In this document: positions 37,412 to 47,951 of the stretch, piece by piece | Numbering within the stretch: the first letter of the stretch is position 1 | Layout: each line of letters begins with the position of its first letter | Origin: a virus | Lineage: Duplodnaviria > Caudoviricetes | Virus record (IMG/VR): IMGVR_UViG_2639762749_000010 | Location: 1-64,000 of that record | Length of the DNA: 64,000 nucleotides | Strand: one strand, 5' to 3' | Notes under the pieces: model-generated | The model's database searches: none | Seen by the model: the letters and a program-made list of their open reading frames with translations, nothing else | What the model was told of the DNA's origin: nothing | Program-made: the position numbers and the translations under genes

Positions 37412-38467
37412 TCAGTCAATTGCATCATATCGTCCCTCAACCAAATCAATCATCACGCTCTTTTCGGCCCGGAGATTGCGGGTATAGCCCACCACCGTTT
37501 CCGGTTTTTTCCAGGTGCCCTCGTGCATGATCTGGGCCAGCGAATAGTTCGCTTCCGTCATGTCCTGCGCGGCCCCGACCCGGGCACTGTGGCCGGTCCA
37601 GGTCGCATACCGGCCTTTATTGGCGGCCCCGGTCTTTTCCCCGTGCACCACCGTCCAGGCGGCCGCGAAAATCCGCTCCAGATTGGACAGCGATAACGGT
37701 TTGCCGTGCACGTTGGCCCGGTTCCCCCGGCGGACCGGGCAAAAAACATACGCGTCTGAATGCGCCAGCAAGTCGGCGGCCGTCAGCCACTGGATCAGAC
37801 TGGCCGCCGCGCGCGGACTGAGCGCCTTGGTGATGCCGTAGCCGTCCATGATGGTTTTGGTGTGGCCGACGTTCAGCAGGAGGTGGCCGTCGGGCTGAAA
37901 AACCAGGTCTTTCACTTTCAGGCGGGCAATATTGGAAACACGCAACAGCGTGTTGTAAGCGACAAACAAAAACGCCCGGTTGCGCATGACCTTCAACTGA
38001 TCAGAGTCTTGCCAGGCGGCATCCACCCGGTTGAGGTCGGCGATCCGAAACGGGATCGCCTGGCCGACCGTCTGCCCGCTGACCACAGCCAGGCGGCTGA
38101 TTTTTTTCAATGTCCGTTGCACCTTCTGACTGTCACCGGCGGGGATCAGGCCCGCCTGCCGGTGCAGCATGTTCAGCATCCTGACATGGTTCTTGAGGGT
38201 GGACGGGGCCCGCCCGTTCTCATGCAACTCCAGCAGATAATCACGCAGGTAGTCCGCCTCCACCGGCAAATAGGCCCGGCCTTTGACAATACACCAGCGA
38301 CACCACTGCCGGGCCACCTGCATCAGCTGCTTCCAGGTGTTGTCCGCAAACGCCTCCCGGTCTTTGACGAACGCATTCAGGTTGCGGATCACCTCGTCAT
38401 TCAGATCCGGATTGTCCGGGATCAGTACCGCATCACGCCCCATCAGGGCCAGTCCCCCTGCCATCAA
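37412..38467 (-). CDS. cre: Cre-like tyrosine recombinase
   Basis: Catalytic set intact: YNTLLR, HTKT, WTGHSARVGAAQDM, GTW, GYTR. N-terminal D..AFA.NTW..L; sits at the P1 cre position. Confidence 0.93.
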   Translation of the reverse strand: MMAGGLALMGRDAVLIPDNPDLNDEVIRNLNAFVKDREAFADNTWKQLMQVARQWCRWCIVKGRAYLPVEADYLRDYLLELHENGRAPSTLKNHVRMLNMLHRQAGLIPAGDSQKVQRTLKKISRLAVVSGQTVGQAIPFRIADLNRVDAAWQDSDQLKVMRNRAFLFVAYNTLLRVSNIARLKVKDLVFQPDGHLLLNVGHTKTIMDGYGITKALSPRAAASLIQWLTAADLLAHSDAYVFCPVRRGNRANVHGKPLSLSNLERIFAAAWTVVHGEKTGAANKGRYATWTGHSARVGAAQDMTEANYSLAQIMHEGTWKKPETVVGYTRNLRAEKSVMIDLVEGRYDAID

Positions 38468-38628
38468 TACACCCCTCGCTGTTTTGGTGACGCTACGTAA
38501 AAAGTGGGGCTAACGCCCCGCCATATTCTTCAGATTTCACGTAGGCGCATCCTTTGTTATTAATAAAAAAAGCCCGCGCTGAATCACGCCCCGTCATCCT
38601 AGCCCGCCGCCGCCGCCAGTCCGAGTGC

Positions 38629-38662
38629 ATAGTAGAACATAATCCCCATTATGTACTATTAG
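38629..38662. other. Candidate lox-type recombination site (13-8-13)
   Basis: ATAGTAGAACATA-ATCCCCAT-TATGTACTATTAG; arms are 10/13 inverted matches; about 160 bp upstream of cre. Confidence 0.7.
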
Positions 38663-38809
38663 AAAATTTTAGCGACTTCCGCCGCGAAGTCAAGCGGATG
38701 GGGATAGTGACCATAAGAAATAGAAGAATACAGATATAATCACGGCGATTTTTATTTAGCGCGGTACTTTTACCGCTTGGCCGTTCATCATCCCTTGGAA
38801 ATTTAATAC

Positions 38810-39001
38810 ATGGATATTAGAGACTACACTACAGAAAATATCATCACTCTGGTCAACGAACTGCACCTTGATCCGCACGACTGCGCCCTGCCGCACATTC
38901 TGGCCCGTCATGTCTACACCCTGCGCGAGGCCACTCATGACGATGGCTCTCCCTGTGATTACAAAACCATTTTGGTTCATATGCTGAAAAGTTTGAAATA
39001 A
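38810..39001 (+). CDS. coi: Putative Coi (C1 inactivator)
   Basis: 63 aa immediately upstream of and co-oriented with c1; weak similarity (T...I....N.L..DP) to P1 Coi. Confidence 0.5.
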   Translation: MDIRDYTTENIITLVNELHLDPHDCALPHILARHVYTLREATHDDGSPCDYKTILVHMLKSLK

Positions 39002-39115
39002 AGCGCTATTCCGTCATTTTTAACAGGTAAATTCTAACTAAATTTTTATTACTTTTGTCAAACCTGATAAAGTTATAAATATGTATGTTTAAGATGTACC
39101 CTGTTAGGAGTAGTT

Positions 39116-40021
39116 ATGGATGCTTTCAGTGACAGCATTTTTGAAGCAAAGTACAAAGAGTTTCTAAAAGTGCGTAGTGAATGGTTGAAGATCGTATTCA
39201 AACACGCGGTTTATACCGATATAAATACGCAGGGCGAGGCTTGCCGCCCTGTGGCGATACTGGCTGATCAGGAAGTGCTGCATGAGGTGGAAACACTGCT
39301 GCTGGCATGGCAACAGTTTGCTGCATTTGCCGAGCACAAGCGGGCCGCGGGTCTGTCTGCCGTCTCTTCGCAAATCTATTTGCCGGTACCCGCCATACTG
39401 AGGAATGTGAACAGTTTTACCATTGGTGCTTTTGAGTCCTCCGCCACCGTTAATTTTGTCCGCGAAGAGATCCTGAGAAAAATAGATAAGAAACTCAACC
39501 AGCTGCACAGGACGAAAAACAAAGACCATTTAACCATTACCGAACTGGAACTGGATAAGGAACTGATTGGCTTCTACCCGGAAGGGACACGCTTTCGCCG
39601 ACGCACGACGGGTTACAGAGACATTGTGTTAGATATCGGCGGTGATGAATCTTATCGTGTTGGGGCGTATGGCGTTATCGTTGATGGTAACAGCTTAACG
39701 CAGCCCGATGCTTACGACATCAACACAGGTGATAAATACGCGGTGTCTGACAGCTATTATAACATGATATCGCCGGTACGGTGCTCGTTGTTTGCAGGAT
39801 CTAGCCTGTATCTCATTGAGAAGATAGAAGAAGCTAAGCAAGCCCGCAATACCGTCTCCCGGCAAAAATTAAAAGAAAGCCGGAAGCAAACCTACCTCCG
39901 TCGAAGGGATCAAGATTTGCTTGATCAACAGCGGGCTCAACAAGAAGCCATACGCCTCAACAAAATTGCCGTGGAAAAACAGAAAGCACAACGCTATGGG
40001 CAACAAAAAAAGCGGGATTAA
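39116..40021 (+). CDS. c1: C1-like primary repressor
   Basis: Y.EF...R...LK, RPV.., IY.PVP.ILR.V and YPE...FR.R..G match P1 C1; convergent with pacB as in P1. Confidence 0.85.
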   Translation: MDAFSDSIFEAKYKEFLKVRSEWLKIVFKHAVYTDINTQGEACRPVAILADQEVLHEVETLLLAWQQFAAFAEHKRAAGLSAVSSQIYLPVPAILRNVNSFTIGAFESSATVNFVREEILRKIDKKLNQLHRTKNKDHLTITELELDKELIGFYPEGTRFRRRTTGYRDIVLDIGGDESYRVGAYGVIVDGNSLTQPDAYDINTGDKYAVSDSYYNMISPVRCSLFAGSSLYLIEKIEEAKQARNTVSRQKLKESRKQTYLRRRDQDLLDQQRAQQEAIRLNKIAVEKQKAQRYGQQKKRD

Positions 40022-40034
40022 TGCTTTTAGGCTG

Positions 40035-41549
40035 TCAGCTTTCATCGTCATAATCATCAAGATACTTCATGGCCTCAGAGCGGGTAGCGGCTTCTTCAAA
40101 ACCGACATCTTCACAGGCCGGTACAAAATCACACAACATCCCAAAACAATATGTATCCCATCTATCCGGAGAGCGAATATTGAGTTTCGCTCTCATCATC
40201 TCTTTTTTCATGATCACCCAGCGCCCGTTCTCATCAATCTTGACCGGTATTTTCGAGGCTTGTTCTGATGTCTTGAGGCTTTTATCCAGGCGCATTCGGC
40301 CACTGCGGATCGCACGTTGCGCGGCCACATTTGCGTAGGCGCGTTGATTAATGTACCGGCTGCGGTCATATCTGCTGAACATCGGCTTACCCCACCGGAT
40401 ACGCTGTACATCGCGGCCACGACGCTCTAATACACTCGCCGTATCGGAACCGACGCCATCACTGTCTACCACGAGACTGATATTGGGGTAAATGGCCGGA
40501 TCACACGTCAAATGAATAAACTCCCCAAACTCCACCGGATCACAGGAGCCATCCATTTCCAGCATTTTGTAGTTCACCAGACGGCGTTTATCGCCACGGG
40601 TGCCCGATATTTTGCAAAGATTCATAATGGACTTATCCCGGCCGTTACCGACGTCACACAGGGCAACCCATCCCCAGCCTTTTTCAAGGTGGATTTTACG
40701 TCTCGCGGCTCTGTCACATTCATCACGCCCTAACAGATAGCCGGTGACTGATTTAGGAAACTGGCCTAATACCTTGATCTGGTATTCAACACTGTCACGG
40801 CCACCGTATTCTGCCAGCTTCATTTTAATAAATTCAGGCTCAACGAGGGGGGACTCTTCAGAGTTCAGCATGATAGCCACATACAGGCCGTTGGGGTTAT
40901 CAGGATGTCTGGCGAGGCTATGGTGCGTATCGTAGAAATACCCGCTGGGGCGCGTCGGCTGGGAAAGTAACAGGATGCGGTTATCTTTCTGAGTCAAGGC
41001 ACCGGTGATAATACCAAAGGCTTTGTCTGATACTCCTGATGCCTCATCCACAATGTAAAACAGGTATTCCGCGTGTTCACCGGCCAAGGCTTCTTCGTTA
41101 CCCAAACGAAACCCCTTGGGGATGACGGTCCAGACGCCTTTTCCCCCCACCGCGTAAAACGACGTATCCGTAATGACAAAGTAATTTTGCAGCCACGGGA
41201 ACCGCCGGACACATTCATGCCAGTTGACCTTCAGGTACTTAAATATCCCCGTCATGACCTGCTGGATTTTGTTGGCAATGATGATCACACGGGCATTGGG
41301 ATGAAACAGAATGAAACACAGGATCATGATACTGGTCATATCCGATTTGCCCGTACCATGCCCCGACGTCACGCTGGTTTTGCTGCCACCTTCCTGTACA
41401 GACTCAAGAATCAGATCTTGTTGCCATGTGGGGGTTTTACCAAACAGCTGTACCGCCGCCAGCCCCCAGTCGTACCGGTATTTGATCACCATATCCCGCC
41501 AACGGGGATCACTGACAACACTGCGTTGTTTTTTCTGTCGGGATGCCAC
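40035..41549 (-). CDS. pacB: Terminase large subunit PacB
   Basis: Walker A SGHGTGKS, Walker B YIVDEASG, nuclease DVG.GRD and SPDRWD. Confidence 0.95.
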   Translation of the reverse strand: MASRQKKQRSVVSDPRWRDMVIKYRYDWGLAAVQLFGKTPTWQQDLILESVQEGGSKTSVTSGHGTGKSDMTSIMILCFILFHPNARVIIIANKIQQVMTGIFKYLKVNWHECVRRFPWLQNYFVITDTSFYAVGGKGVWTVIPKGFRLGNEEALAGEHAEYLFYIVDEASGVSDKAFGIITGALTQKDNRILLLSQPTRPSGYFYDTHHSLARHPDNPNGLYVAIMLNSEESPLVEPEFIKMKLAEYGGRDSVEYQIKVLGQFPKSVTGYLLGRDECDRAARRKIHLEKGWGWVALCDVGNGRDKSIMNLCKISGTRGDKRRLVNYKMLEMDGSCDPVEFGEFIHLTCDPAIYPNISLVVDSDGVGSDTASVLERRGRDVQRIRWGKPMFSRYDRSRYINQRAYANVAAQRAIRSGRMRLDKSLKTSEQASKIPVKIDENGRWVIMKKEMMRAKLNIRSPDRWDTYCFGMLCDFVPACEDVGFEEAATRSEAMKYLDDYDDES

Positions 41550-42703
41550 TAACTTTCACCCTCATCATCATACATATCGCTGGTGGCTTCATAGTCATAA
41601 TCCGGTTCTTCTTCTAACGCATCCAGCGACTCGCCTTCGCGCCCCTCGCCCTGACTATCCCGATCGCCATAACCGCCTTTATCGACAATGTCATCAACCA
41701 GCTGGCGCTTTGTCGCCAGATAGGTGTCCCGTCCGGCCTGCTTCTCCCGATATGCTCTGGCCTGCCTGTCCAGTTCGTCCGGATCAATGACTGCATTATC
41801 CACGTCCTCGCCCTGATCCTGTTTCATCTCGTGGCGCAATTTCTCCAATAAAGCGGCGGGGACCTTACCGCCTTGGGATTCGATGTAAGCCGCCGTTTGC
41901 AGGGCATCCCATTCATTTTCCTGCTGGCGTTGATAGGCGTTGGCGATCACCGTCGTTTCGCCCATCTTGGCCGCATGTTTTTCCTCGTCACGGCGGTTTT
42001 TCAGCCACCCCTGTTTCATTGACGTCATGGTGCGCATGAAATCGGTCATGGCATAGGAACAGTCGTTCAGCATCTTGAGCTGCTTAAACGCCGGATGCAG
42101 CGCCCCGTCGTCGGGATTAAATTCGGCTTCCTGTTTCTCAAGTTCTTCGATGGAGCGATCACGTATCCGTTCAACAAGTTCAAAGTGGGCTAATGCCCGT
42201 CGCATCAAATCCACTTCCAACACGTCGAAATAGCCCGCCTCCATCAAGGCGTCTGCCTGATCTAAATCAACACTTCTGGGGGTAGCGTACCGGCCATGTT
42301 TCATGGCCGCTTCATTCCCCACGGTCAAGCGACGTCCTTCCCCCCGGGATAATTTTTGATGTGTGATGATCGCCGCAGGCGAAATGATCATTTTCGCGTT
42401 CTGACTTTTGGCGCTTTTGGCCTGCGGATGTCGCTCGCCGCCCGTTTTCCTTCCCGGCTTAACACCCGTATTCACACGGAATTGCGCGGATTTTCCCTTT
42501 TCTTGTCCGGCCTTTTTTAGGGGAATGACTTGATCATGTGTTGCGGCATGATCATGATCATCTGACGGGGCGGGATTGGCCGAACGCAGATAGCGACGGG
42601 CGGTGTTGGGATTCAGGTTGTAATGTTCGGCATATTCACGGATGCTGATTCCATTTTCAGCGCGTAGCCTATTGAAATTAGATACGTGTTCCTGCCAGTT
42701 CAT
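41549..42703 (-). CDS. pacA: Terminase small subunit PacA
   Basis: W..H...F......[18 protein letters not shown]; DHDH segment; GN..A..HG.Y. Confidence 0.92.
   Translation of the reverse strand: MNWQEHVSNFNRLRAENGISIREYAEHYNLNPNTARRYLRSANPAPSDDHDHAATHDQVIPLKKAGQEKGKSAQFRVNTGVKPGRKTGGERHPQAKSAKSQNAKMIISPAAIITHQKLSRGEGRRLTVGNEAAMKHGRYATPRSVDLDQADALMEAGYFDVLEVDLMRRALAHFELVERIRDRSIEELEKQEAEFNPDDGALHPAFKQLKMLNDCSYAMTDFMRTMTSMKQGWLKNRRDEEKHAAKMGETTVIANAYQRQQENEWDALQTAAYIESQGGKVPAALLEKLRHEMKQDQGEDVDNAVIDPDELDRQARAYREKQAGRDTYLATKRQLVDDIVDKGGYGDRDSQGEGREGESLDALEEEPDYDYEATSDMYDDEGES
42367..42560. other. pac site: two clusters of TGATC(A/G) hexamers inside pacA
   Basis: TGATCG at 42367; TGATCA at 42385, 42531, 42549 and 42555. 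Same layout as P1 pac. Confidence 0.7.
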
Positions 42704-43019
42704 CCCTATCTACCAAAGTCAACCCTCAATGAATCTGATGATACACAAGCATTAATATGTTTAATTAACGTAATTTACTCCCGCCACCATGACCATTGAC
42801 CATCATTTCTCCCCTTCCTCATCTCCATACCGGCCGCTATTTGTGCTTTCCCAAGATGTTCTTTAATCCTCATTTTTTTGCTTAGAAAAAAAATGAATAA
42901 CGTTTGTTATCCAAATGAATAGCAAATACTTGATGTTTTCCCTTTAATCTATCAAACTTACTCACGCACAAATCTGACTTAAATGTCTTAATCGTTAATA
43001 TCTAAAACAGGGAAATATC

Positions 43020-44201
43020 ATGAAGAAGCCTACTGGCTCTGATAACACTGCTGTTCAAAAACCTGCCTTGGTCGCCGTCGATACGGATTCAGGCGACACG
43101 ATGGTTGAACAGCCTATTTTAGTCGCCGTTGATGCAGGTTCCGGCAATATCGCTATTCGCTTTGAACGTAATGGGGAAATTGAAAATCACATCATTCCTG
43201 CACGGGTACGCCAAGGTAATGCTCAATCAATGGCGTTAGAAGCGGGAACCTCATGGGAAACCGAAGGGGATCACGGGGAAAATGTGGTATTTTCTGTTGT
43301 CAGTGGTGGTAACGACCTCGTTAATACCTGTGATCCAAACTACCAATCCAGTCCTGCACATCGTGCCTTGGTTATCAATGCACTGGCACAACTGGGGTTA
43401 GGCGGACAGGAAATTATTCTGGCGGACACGCTGCCGATTAATCAGTTTTACAGTGACTTGGGGAAAATTGACCAAAAACGTATTAACGCCAAGCGTAATA
43501 GCTTAATGAAGCGGATTAACAATGTCTCCGGCCAGTATAAAGCACCACACATTATTGACGTTATGGTCTACCCTGAAGCGGTTCCCGCCTATGTGTCAGC
43601 TTCCGTCACGCCTGATATGAAAGCCAACCCTGAACTTGAAGGCGCGGAGAGCATCATGGTGGTTGATGTAGGGCGGTTTACCTGTGATATCGCCGTGCTG
43701 GATAAAACTCACCAAATTGTGAGGCGAGGAACCTTTGAACACGGTGTCTATATGATGTTAGATCGTGTTCACGCGTTGCTTCAGGAAAACGCAGAAAAAC
43801 TCAACATTGCTGAACCCAAAGAAATTCACCTTGAGTCCATTGATACATTTATCCGCCAAGGTTATATCGGTTCCCGTCTGAAATCAGCCGCAGACAAACG
43901 CATTAAAATTGATGAGATCGTCCAACAGGCGGCAGAGGAATTTGCTGAAATCATTCGAAATGATATTCGTAACGTTCATCGCAATCTGAGTGATATTGAT
44001 GTGCTTATTCTGGTTGGTGGCGGTGCCAATTTGATAGGCGGCAAACTGGAATACCTTAAAAATTGTACAACAGAATGGGGATGTCCTGTCTATATCCCTG
44101 ATCATCCTGAATATGCCATTGTTCGCGGTGTTCATATAGCATTTAAAAGAGATGCGCAGGAAATCATTAAGGAATGGCTGATTAAGGCAGGTACAAAATG
44201 A
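43020..44201 (+). CDS. parM: ParM/StbA actin-like partition ATPase
   Basis: VAVDAGSG (phosphate 1), V.PEA.PA, VVDVGRFTCD (phosphate 2) and LVGGGA (adenosine). Confidence 0.9.
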   Translation: MKKPTGSDNTAVQKPALVAVDTDSGDTMVEQPILVAVDAGSGNIAIRFERNGEIENHIIPARVRQGNAQSMALEAGTSWETEGDHGENVVFSVVSGGNDLVNTCDPNYQSSPAHRALVINALAQLGLGGQEIILADTLPINQFYSDLGKIDQKRINAKRNSLMKRINNVSGQYKAPHIIDVMVYPEAVPAYVSASVTPDMKANPELEGAESIMVVDVGRFTCDIAVLDKTHQIVRRGTFEHGVYMMLDRVHALLQENAEKLNIAEPKEIHLESIDTFIRQGYIGSRLKSAADKRIKIDEIVQQAAEEFAEIIRNDIRNVHRNLSDIDVLILVGGGANLIGGKLEYLKNCTTEWGCPVYIPDHPEYAIVRGVHIAFKRDAQEIIKEWLIKAGTK

Positions 44202-44235
44202 AAAGGCTAAGCTACTGGAAGAAAAAGGGGCTTAA

Positions 44236-44763
44236 ATGTCATCTTTATTAGCCATTAAAGCGCAAGCACTCAACGAAGCAGGCATTGCTACCACAAAGTT
44301 TCGGGAAGATTATCAAAGCCTGACCGGTCATCACAGCAAACGGAAAATGATGATGAGCGCGATTCGTTGCGGCTACATTATCGAGAAAGCGGGGTTAGCG
44401 CCCCTGCTGTCACTGCTCGATACAGAAGCATTTTTCGCTGCTGATCAAAACACACGTAAGCAGATGGTCATGCGGGTGCTGGCGTTAAGTAATATGGAAG
44501 AAACCCCCACCACTCCCGTTGAGCCAGACATGACAACCGTGGAAATTGAAACACCACCCGCAACAGCAAAAGCGATAATTCAACCGGAAGAACCAGCGAA
44601 TAACGGCACAGGGGCTCCGTCTGAGAATACCACCAGCATAATCAAACACGAGAAACGAGAGGATGGTTCAGCGACGTTAATTGAACGTTCAACCAATAAA
44701 CAACCGCCGCCTTCAACGCTATCAGCAATGTCAGCACTCAGAGGAAACGTGACTAAGAAATAG
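44236..44763 (+). CDS. Putative ParR/StbB-like adaptor
   Basis: Directly downstream of parM; helical N-terminus and low-complexity tail. Positional inference. Confidence 0.55.
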   Translation: MSSLLAIKAQALNEAGIATTKFREDYQSLTGHHSKRKMMMSAIRCGYIIEKAGLAPLLSLLDTEAFFAADQNTRKQMVMRVLALSNMEETPTTPVEPDMTTVEIETPPATAKAIIQPEEPANNGTGAPSENTTSIIKHEKREDGSATLIERSTNKQPPPSTLSAMSALRGNVTKK

Positions 44764-45160
44764 GATCTATCATTCTTTTTCGGATCATGTCATCCCAAAT
44801 CTTACGTAAGGCTGCATTCTGTAATGCAGCCTTGTTTTCATCGCCCTTCAGCCCACCAGCGGGAATCACTGTTTTTGAGAAATCAATGGATATGCCATGG
44901 CGCGGCTTAAAGTGGGCCTGTGTAATGTATTTCATTTCATATTTTCTTGGCCGAACACGGGTATCCATGAGGCAAACAATGTTTTTGGACGAACAAAACA
45001 CGTTAAGTCGTGCGTAGACAAAATCCTTGTCTATTTTGACATGGGGGTAATAGCGGCGAATGGCATCCATGACCTCTTTGGCGGTCAGAGGGCGGTTTTC
45101 TCTCAGAAGCACATCTGCCAAATGGATATTGGAGATTTTTTCTTTCACGCTCTTTTCCAA
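44753..45160 (-). CDS. lpa: Late promoter activator Lpa
   Basis: L.AKE......YPH...DK..VY.RL.....SK......D...RPR matches P1 Lpa; operator-like motif at 45162-45179. Confidence 0.8.
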   Translation of the reverse strand: MEKSVKEKISNIHLADVLLRENRPLTAKEVMDAIRRYYPHVKIDKDFVYARLNVFCSSKNIVCLMDTRVRPRKYEMKYITQAHFKPRHGISIDFSKTVIPAGGLKGDENKAALQNAALRKIWDDMIRKRMIDPIS

Positions 45161-45306
45161 GGAAATTCTAAATGATTTTTTATATTACATAAAAAGCAGA
45201 AAAGAAGAAGAAAATACCTTCAATTACAATAAGTTAATAATAAAATAGGCAGTGGTTATATAGACTAATAAGAAAAGGCCGCATTAAGCGGCCTCTGTGA
45301 TTAATC

Positions 45307-45681
45307 TTAATCCAAGATTAATTGTGTCGGTCTACACGCATAAAACGCCGCCAATTTTTCCAGCGTAGCTTGGCGTGGACGTTCTGCTCTTTCAAATTGA
45401 GAGACGGCGGCTTGTGTAATTCCCAGCCTCTCGGCCACCTCTGTCTGTGATAAACGTCGATATATACGCCATGCTGCATGAAGTGTCACATCTTCATCAA
45501 CCATAATACTAATGACGTCATGGGGAATGGTTTCATCATCATTAGCCCCCTTGGGGTAAGGGATACTGACGTAATCTTCATCACGATCCAGCGCTGCAAG
45601 CAAGCGTTCATACTCCGCAATAGGAAGTACTACAGCCTGCTTGTTGCCGTTCTCATCTGTAATAAACTGGATACCAGCCAT
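45307..45681 (-). CDS. HTH antitoxin (HigA-type arrangement)
   Basis: IQFITDENGNKQAVVLP..EYE.L N-terminus plus XRE HTH; downstream of RelE. Confidence 0.85.
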   Translation of the reverse strand: MAGIQFITDENGNKQAVVLPIAEYERLLAALDRDEDYVSIPYPKGANDDETIPHDVISIMVDEDVTLHAAWRIYRRLSQTEVAERLGITQAAVSQFERAERPRQATLEKLAAFYACRPTQLILD

Positions 45682-45753
45682 ATTATCTCCGATATTGTAT
45701 TGGCCATAACGCGAATAGAGGAAAAAGCAGGCGGGTATTCCCCGCCGTGCCAG

Positions 45754-46017
45754 TCAATATGTCTTTGTTTGTCTCCGCTTAACTTCCTGCACTTCCAAAA
45801 TCTTCGGCTCTTTACCTGAAAGCTCAAACAGAATTCGGTAGTCACCTACTCTCAATCTGTATTGAGTTTCCGTTCCCGTTAATTTTTTGATATCCAAATC
45901 CACCAGCGGAAAACCCGTAAGCAAACCCACTTTATTTTTGATTGCTTTCTGGTATCGCGTGTCGATCCTGACTAGCTGTTTGGTTGCCGCTTTAGACCAA
46001 ACCACTTTGACCATCAT
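45754..46017 (-). CDS. relE: RelE/ParE-family toxin
   Basis: V.WS..A.KQL..I...DIKKL.G...YRLRVGDYRILF; promoter palindrome AATATAAGCC-TTAT-GGCTTATATT at 46061-46084. Confidence 0.92.
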   Translation of the reverse strand: MMVKVVWSKAATKQLVRIDTRYQKAIKNKVGLLTGFPLVDLDIKKLTGTETQYRLRVGDYRILFELSGKEPKILEVQEVKRRQTKTY

Positions 46018-46105
46018 TTCCCCTATTTTTAAAGAGCATCTCCGTTTTCAGGATAGGTGTAATATAAGCCTTATGGCTTATATTGTCAATATAACACTTA
46101 TATTA

Positions 46106-46303
46106 TTATAAGTATTTCGAATGCCCCATTAAAATTCGTTTCCCAATCCATGCCATCACAGGTACGGCCATTGAATTACCGATTGCCCGGTAACGATGAC
46201 CATCGGGGCAGTCAGCCGTTGCCTTACCATTCCACGGAATTTGGGTGTGATTATCGGGGAAACCTTGCAACCGCTCGCACTCTACGGGTGTTAAACGGCG
46301 CAC
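46106..46303 (-). pseudogene. C-terminal relic of a DNA cytosine methyltransferase
   Basis: Only motifs IX-X (RRLTPVECERLQGFPD...RYRAIGNSMAVPV) remain. Confidence 0.85.
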
Positions 46304-46503
46304 GGTATAACCGTATCGATTTTTATATTACAAGAAGATTGCGGGTCATTAATGCGTGGCTAGTCAATCAGTATAAACTTGAAGATCGGTAATGATTGTT
46401 GACAAATAATCTATAAATGGTTACTATTGTTACCGTTGGCTGGCGACTTTGGCCGGTTACGTTCTTTAACAAAGTGAGACTTAATTTAAAAGGAGTGTTA
46501 TCT

Positions 46504-46719
46504 ATCGCGTATCATAAAAATAAGGAGATCAATGCGGCAATTGCATATGCCGTGTCTCAAGGCTGGGCTTACATCAAACGGAAAGGAAAAGGCCATGCTG
46601 TAGGAGTTTTGCGATGTGGACGTGAAGATAAGTGCCACCAAAAATCAGTGTGGGGAACACCGGATAGCCCCCAAGACCACGCAAAAGATATAATCTCATT
46701 AGTGGATAAATGCAAATAA
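46504..46719 (+). CDS. HicA-like small toxin candidate (start codon appears to be ATC)
   Basis: H.NKEI.AAI.YA...GW......GH..G.LRC....C..SVWGTP; SD AGGAG lies 8 nt before ATC at 46504. Confidence 0.6.
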   Translation: MAYHKNKEINAAIAYAVSQGWAYIKRKGKGHAVGVLRCGREDKCHQKSVWGTPDSPQDHAKDIISLVDKCK

Positions 46720-46784
46720 TATCAAGGCCGTCAATCGGCGGCCTTTTTTATATCAGTCTCACATCTAATGATAGGAAAAAGGAT

Positions 46785-47354
46785 ATGAGAAAATACAGTT
46801 TTAGCATCGTGGTGGGTGGAAAGAAAATCACTACTGACGATGATTTGTTTGATATCTCAGACGCTTTGTATGAAGCAGGATGCAGCGACGCCCACCCCGC
46901 TGCATACAACGGTACATTGTACGTTAATTTTACACGCAACGGCGAAAATTACGCCAAATCAGTGTCATCTGCCATCTCTGATATTGAGTCAGTTTCTGGA
47001 TTAACTTGTTTATCTGTAGATATTGGTGATGTAGTCAGTTTAAGTGATGCTGCTGAACTGGCAGGAACCACCAAAGCGGCGTTATCTCGATACAGTAAGG
47101 GGAGCCGTGGAGCCGGTGATTTTCCGACACCAATTCTACGCGTAGATAGCAGTCGCCCGTTATGGTCATGGGCGGATATTGCTGAATGGCTCGAAAAAAA
47201 CCAGCTCATCGACAATGAGCTGGTGGAGCAAGCACGGATGACTGGAGCCATTAACACAGCACTGTCAATTCGAAACACTAATTCAATGGATACAGTATTT
47301 CAATTTCTGTACGCATTGAAATCCAATAATAACCACACAATAATCACGGCGTAG
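46785..47354 (+). CDS. Putative antitoxin: HicB-like N-terminus plus HTH
   Basis: DALYEAGCSDA...F.R.......AI.DIES; SLSDAAELAG.T...L..Y..G.RG...FP.P...LW.W.DIA.WL. Confidence 0.7.
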   Translation: MRKYSFSIVVGGKKITTDDDLFDISDALYEAGCSDAHPAAYNGTLYVNFTRNGENYAKSVSSAISDIESVSGLTCLSVDIGDVVSLSDAAELAGTTKAALSRYSKGSRGAGDFPTPILRVDSSRPLWSWADIAEWLEKNQLIDNELVEQARMTGAINTALSIRNTNSMDTVFQFLYALKSNNNHTIITA

Positions 47355-47510
47355 TTAACAATAATTCTTTTAAAAGATAAGTCTCACACATTCGGCCGTC
47401 TAAATGATGGCCTTTTTTTTTATTTCACGACACCTTCTGAAATTGAATATAAAATAACCCCTAACAAGGGTTATTTATTCAGTGTTTAAATGTAAATTTA
47501 AGGTGGTGTT

Positions 47511-47951
47511 ATGGGAATTACAGAGAAAATAGCGACAGCATTTTGCACTCGTGAATCAAATCAGAACGTAGAACCTGATTTACTGGCACCAATAATCACA
47601 AAAGTAGTAAGCAGCTTTCCAGACACTCAACGCTTATCTGTGATAGTGAGTCTAGTGGGACTGAATAAGAGAAAATCTTATCGATTATTTATAGATATTC
47701 TCCATAATGGAGAGAGTTGTGTAAAATTTCAGGAAAATCCTTATGGTGATGAAGGAGAAGAATTCACTGTTGAAAACATCAGATTACCGGAGGATCAAGT
47801 TACTGCTATTTTTAGTGCCGTATTTGACCAGATAGAGTTCCCTGAACCCGGCATCTATGAAATAAAGGTGAAATTAAGAAATCAAGAAAAGCAAGTCATT
47901 GATGAGGACTCCTACTATTTTTATGTTTTGGATAAAAAGGATTACAAATAG
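47511..47951 (+). CDS. Hypothetical beta-sandwich protein (low GC moron)
   Basis: AAGGTGG SD plus ATG; F..PG.Y.I.V.L C-terminal pattern. Confidence 0.65.
   Translation: MGITEKIATAFCTRESNQNVEPDLLAPIITKVVSSFPDTQRLSVIVSLVGLNKRKSYRLFIDILHNGESCVKFQENPYGDEGEEFTVENIRLPEDQVTAIFSAVFDQIEFPEPGIYEIKVKLRNQEKQVIDEDSYYFYVLDKKDYK

Noticed and set aside
42720-43010. parC centromere repeats
   Set aside because: Only short TTAATC recurrences in AT-rich DNA; no regular array could be defined by eye.
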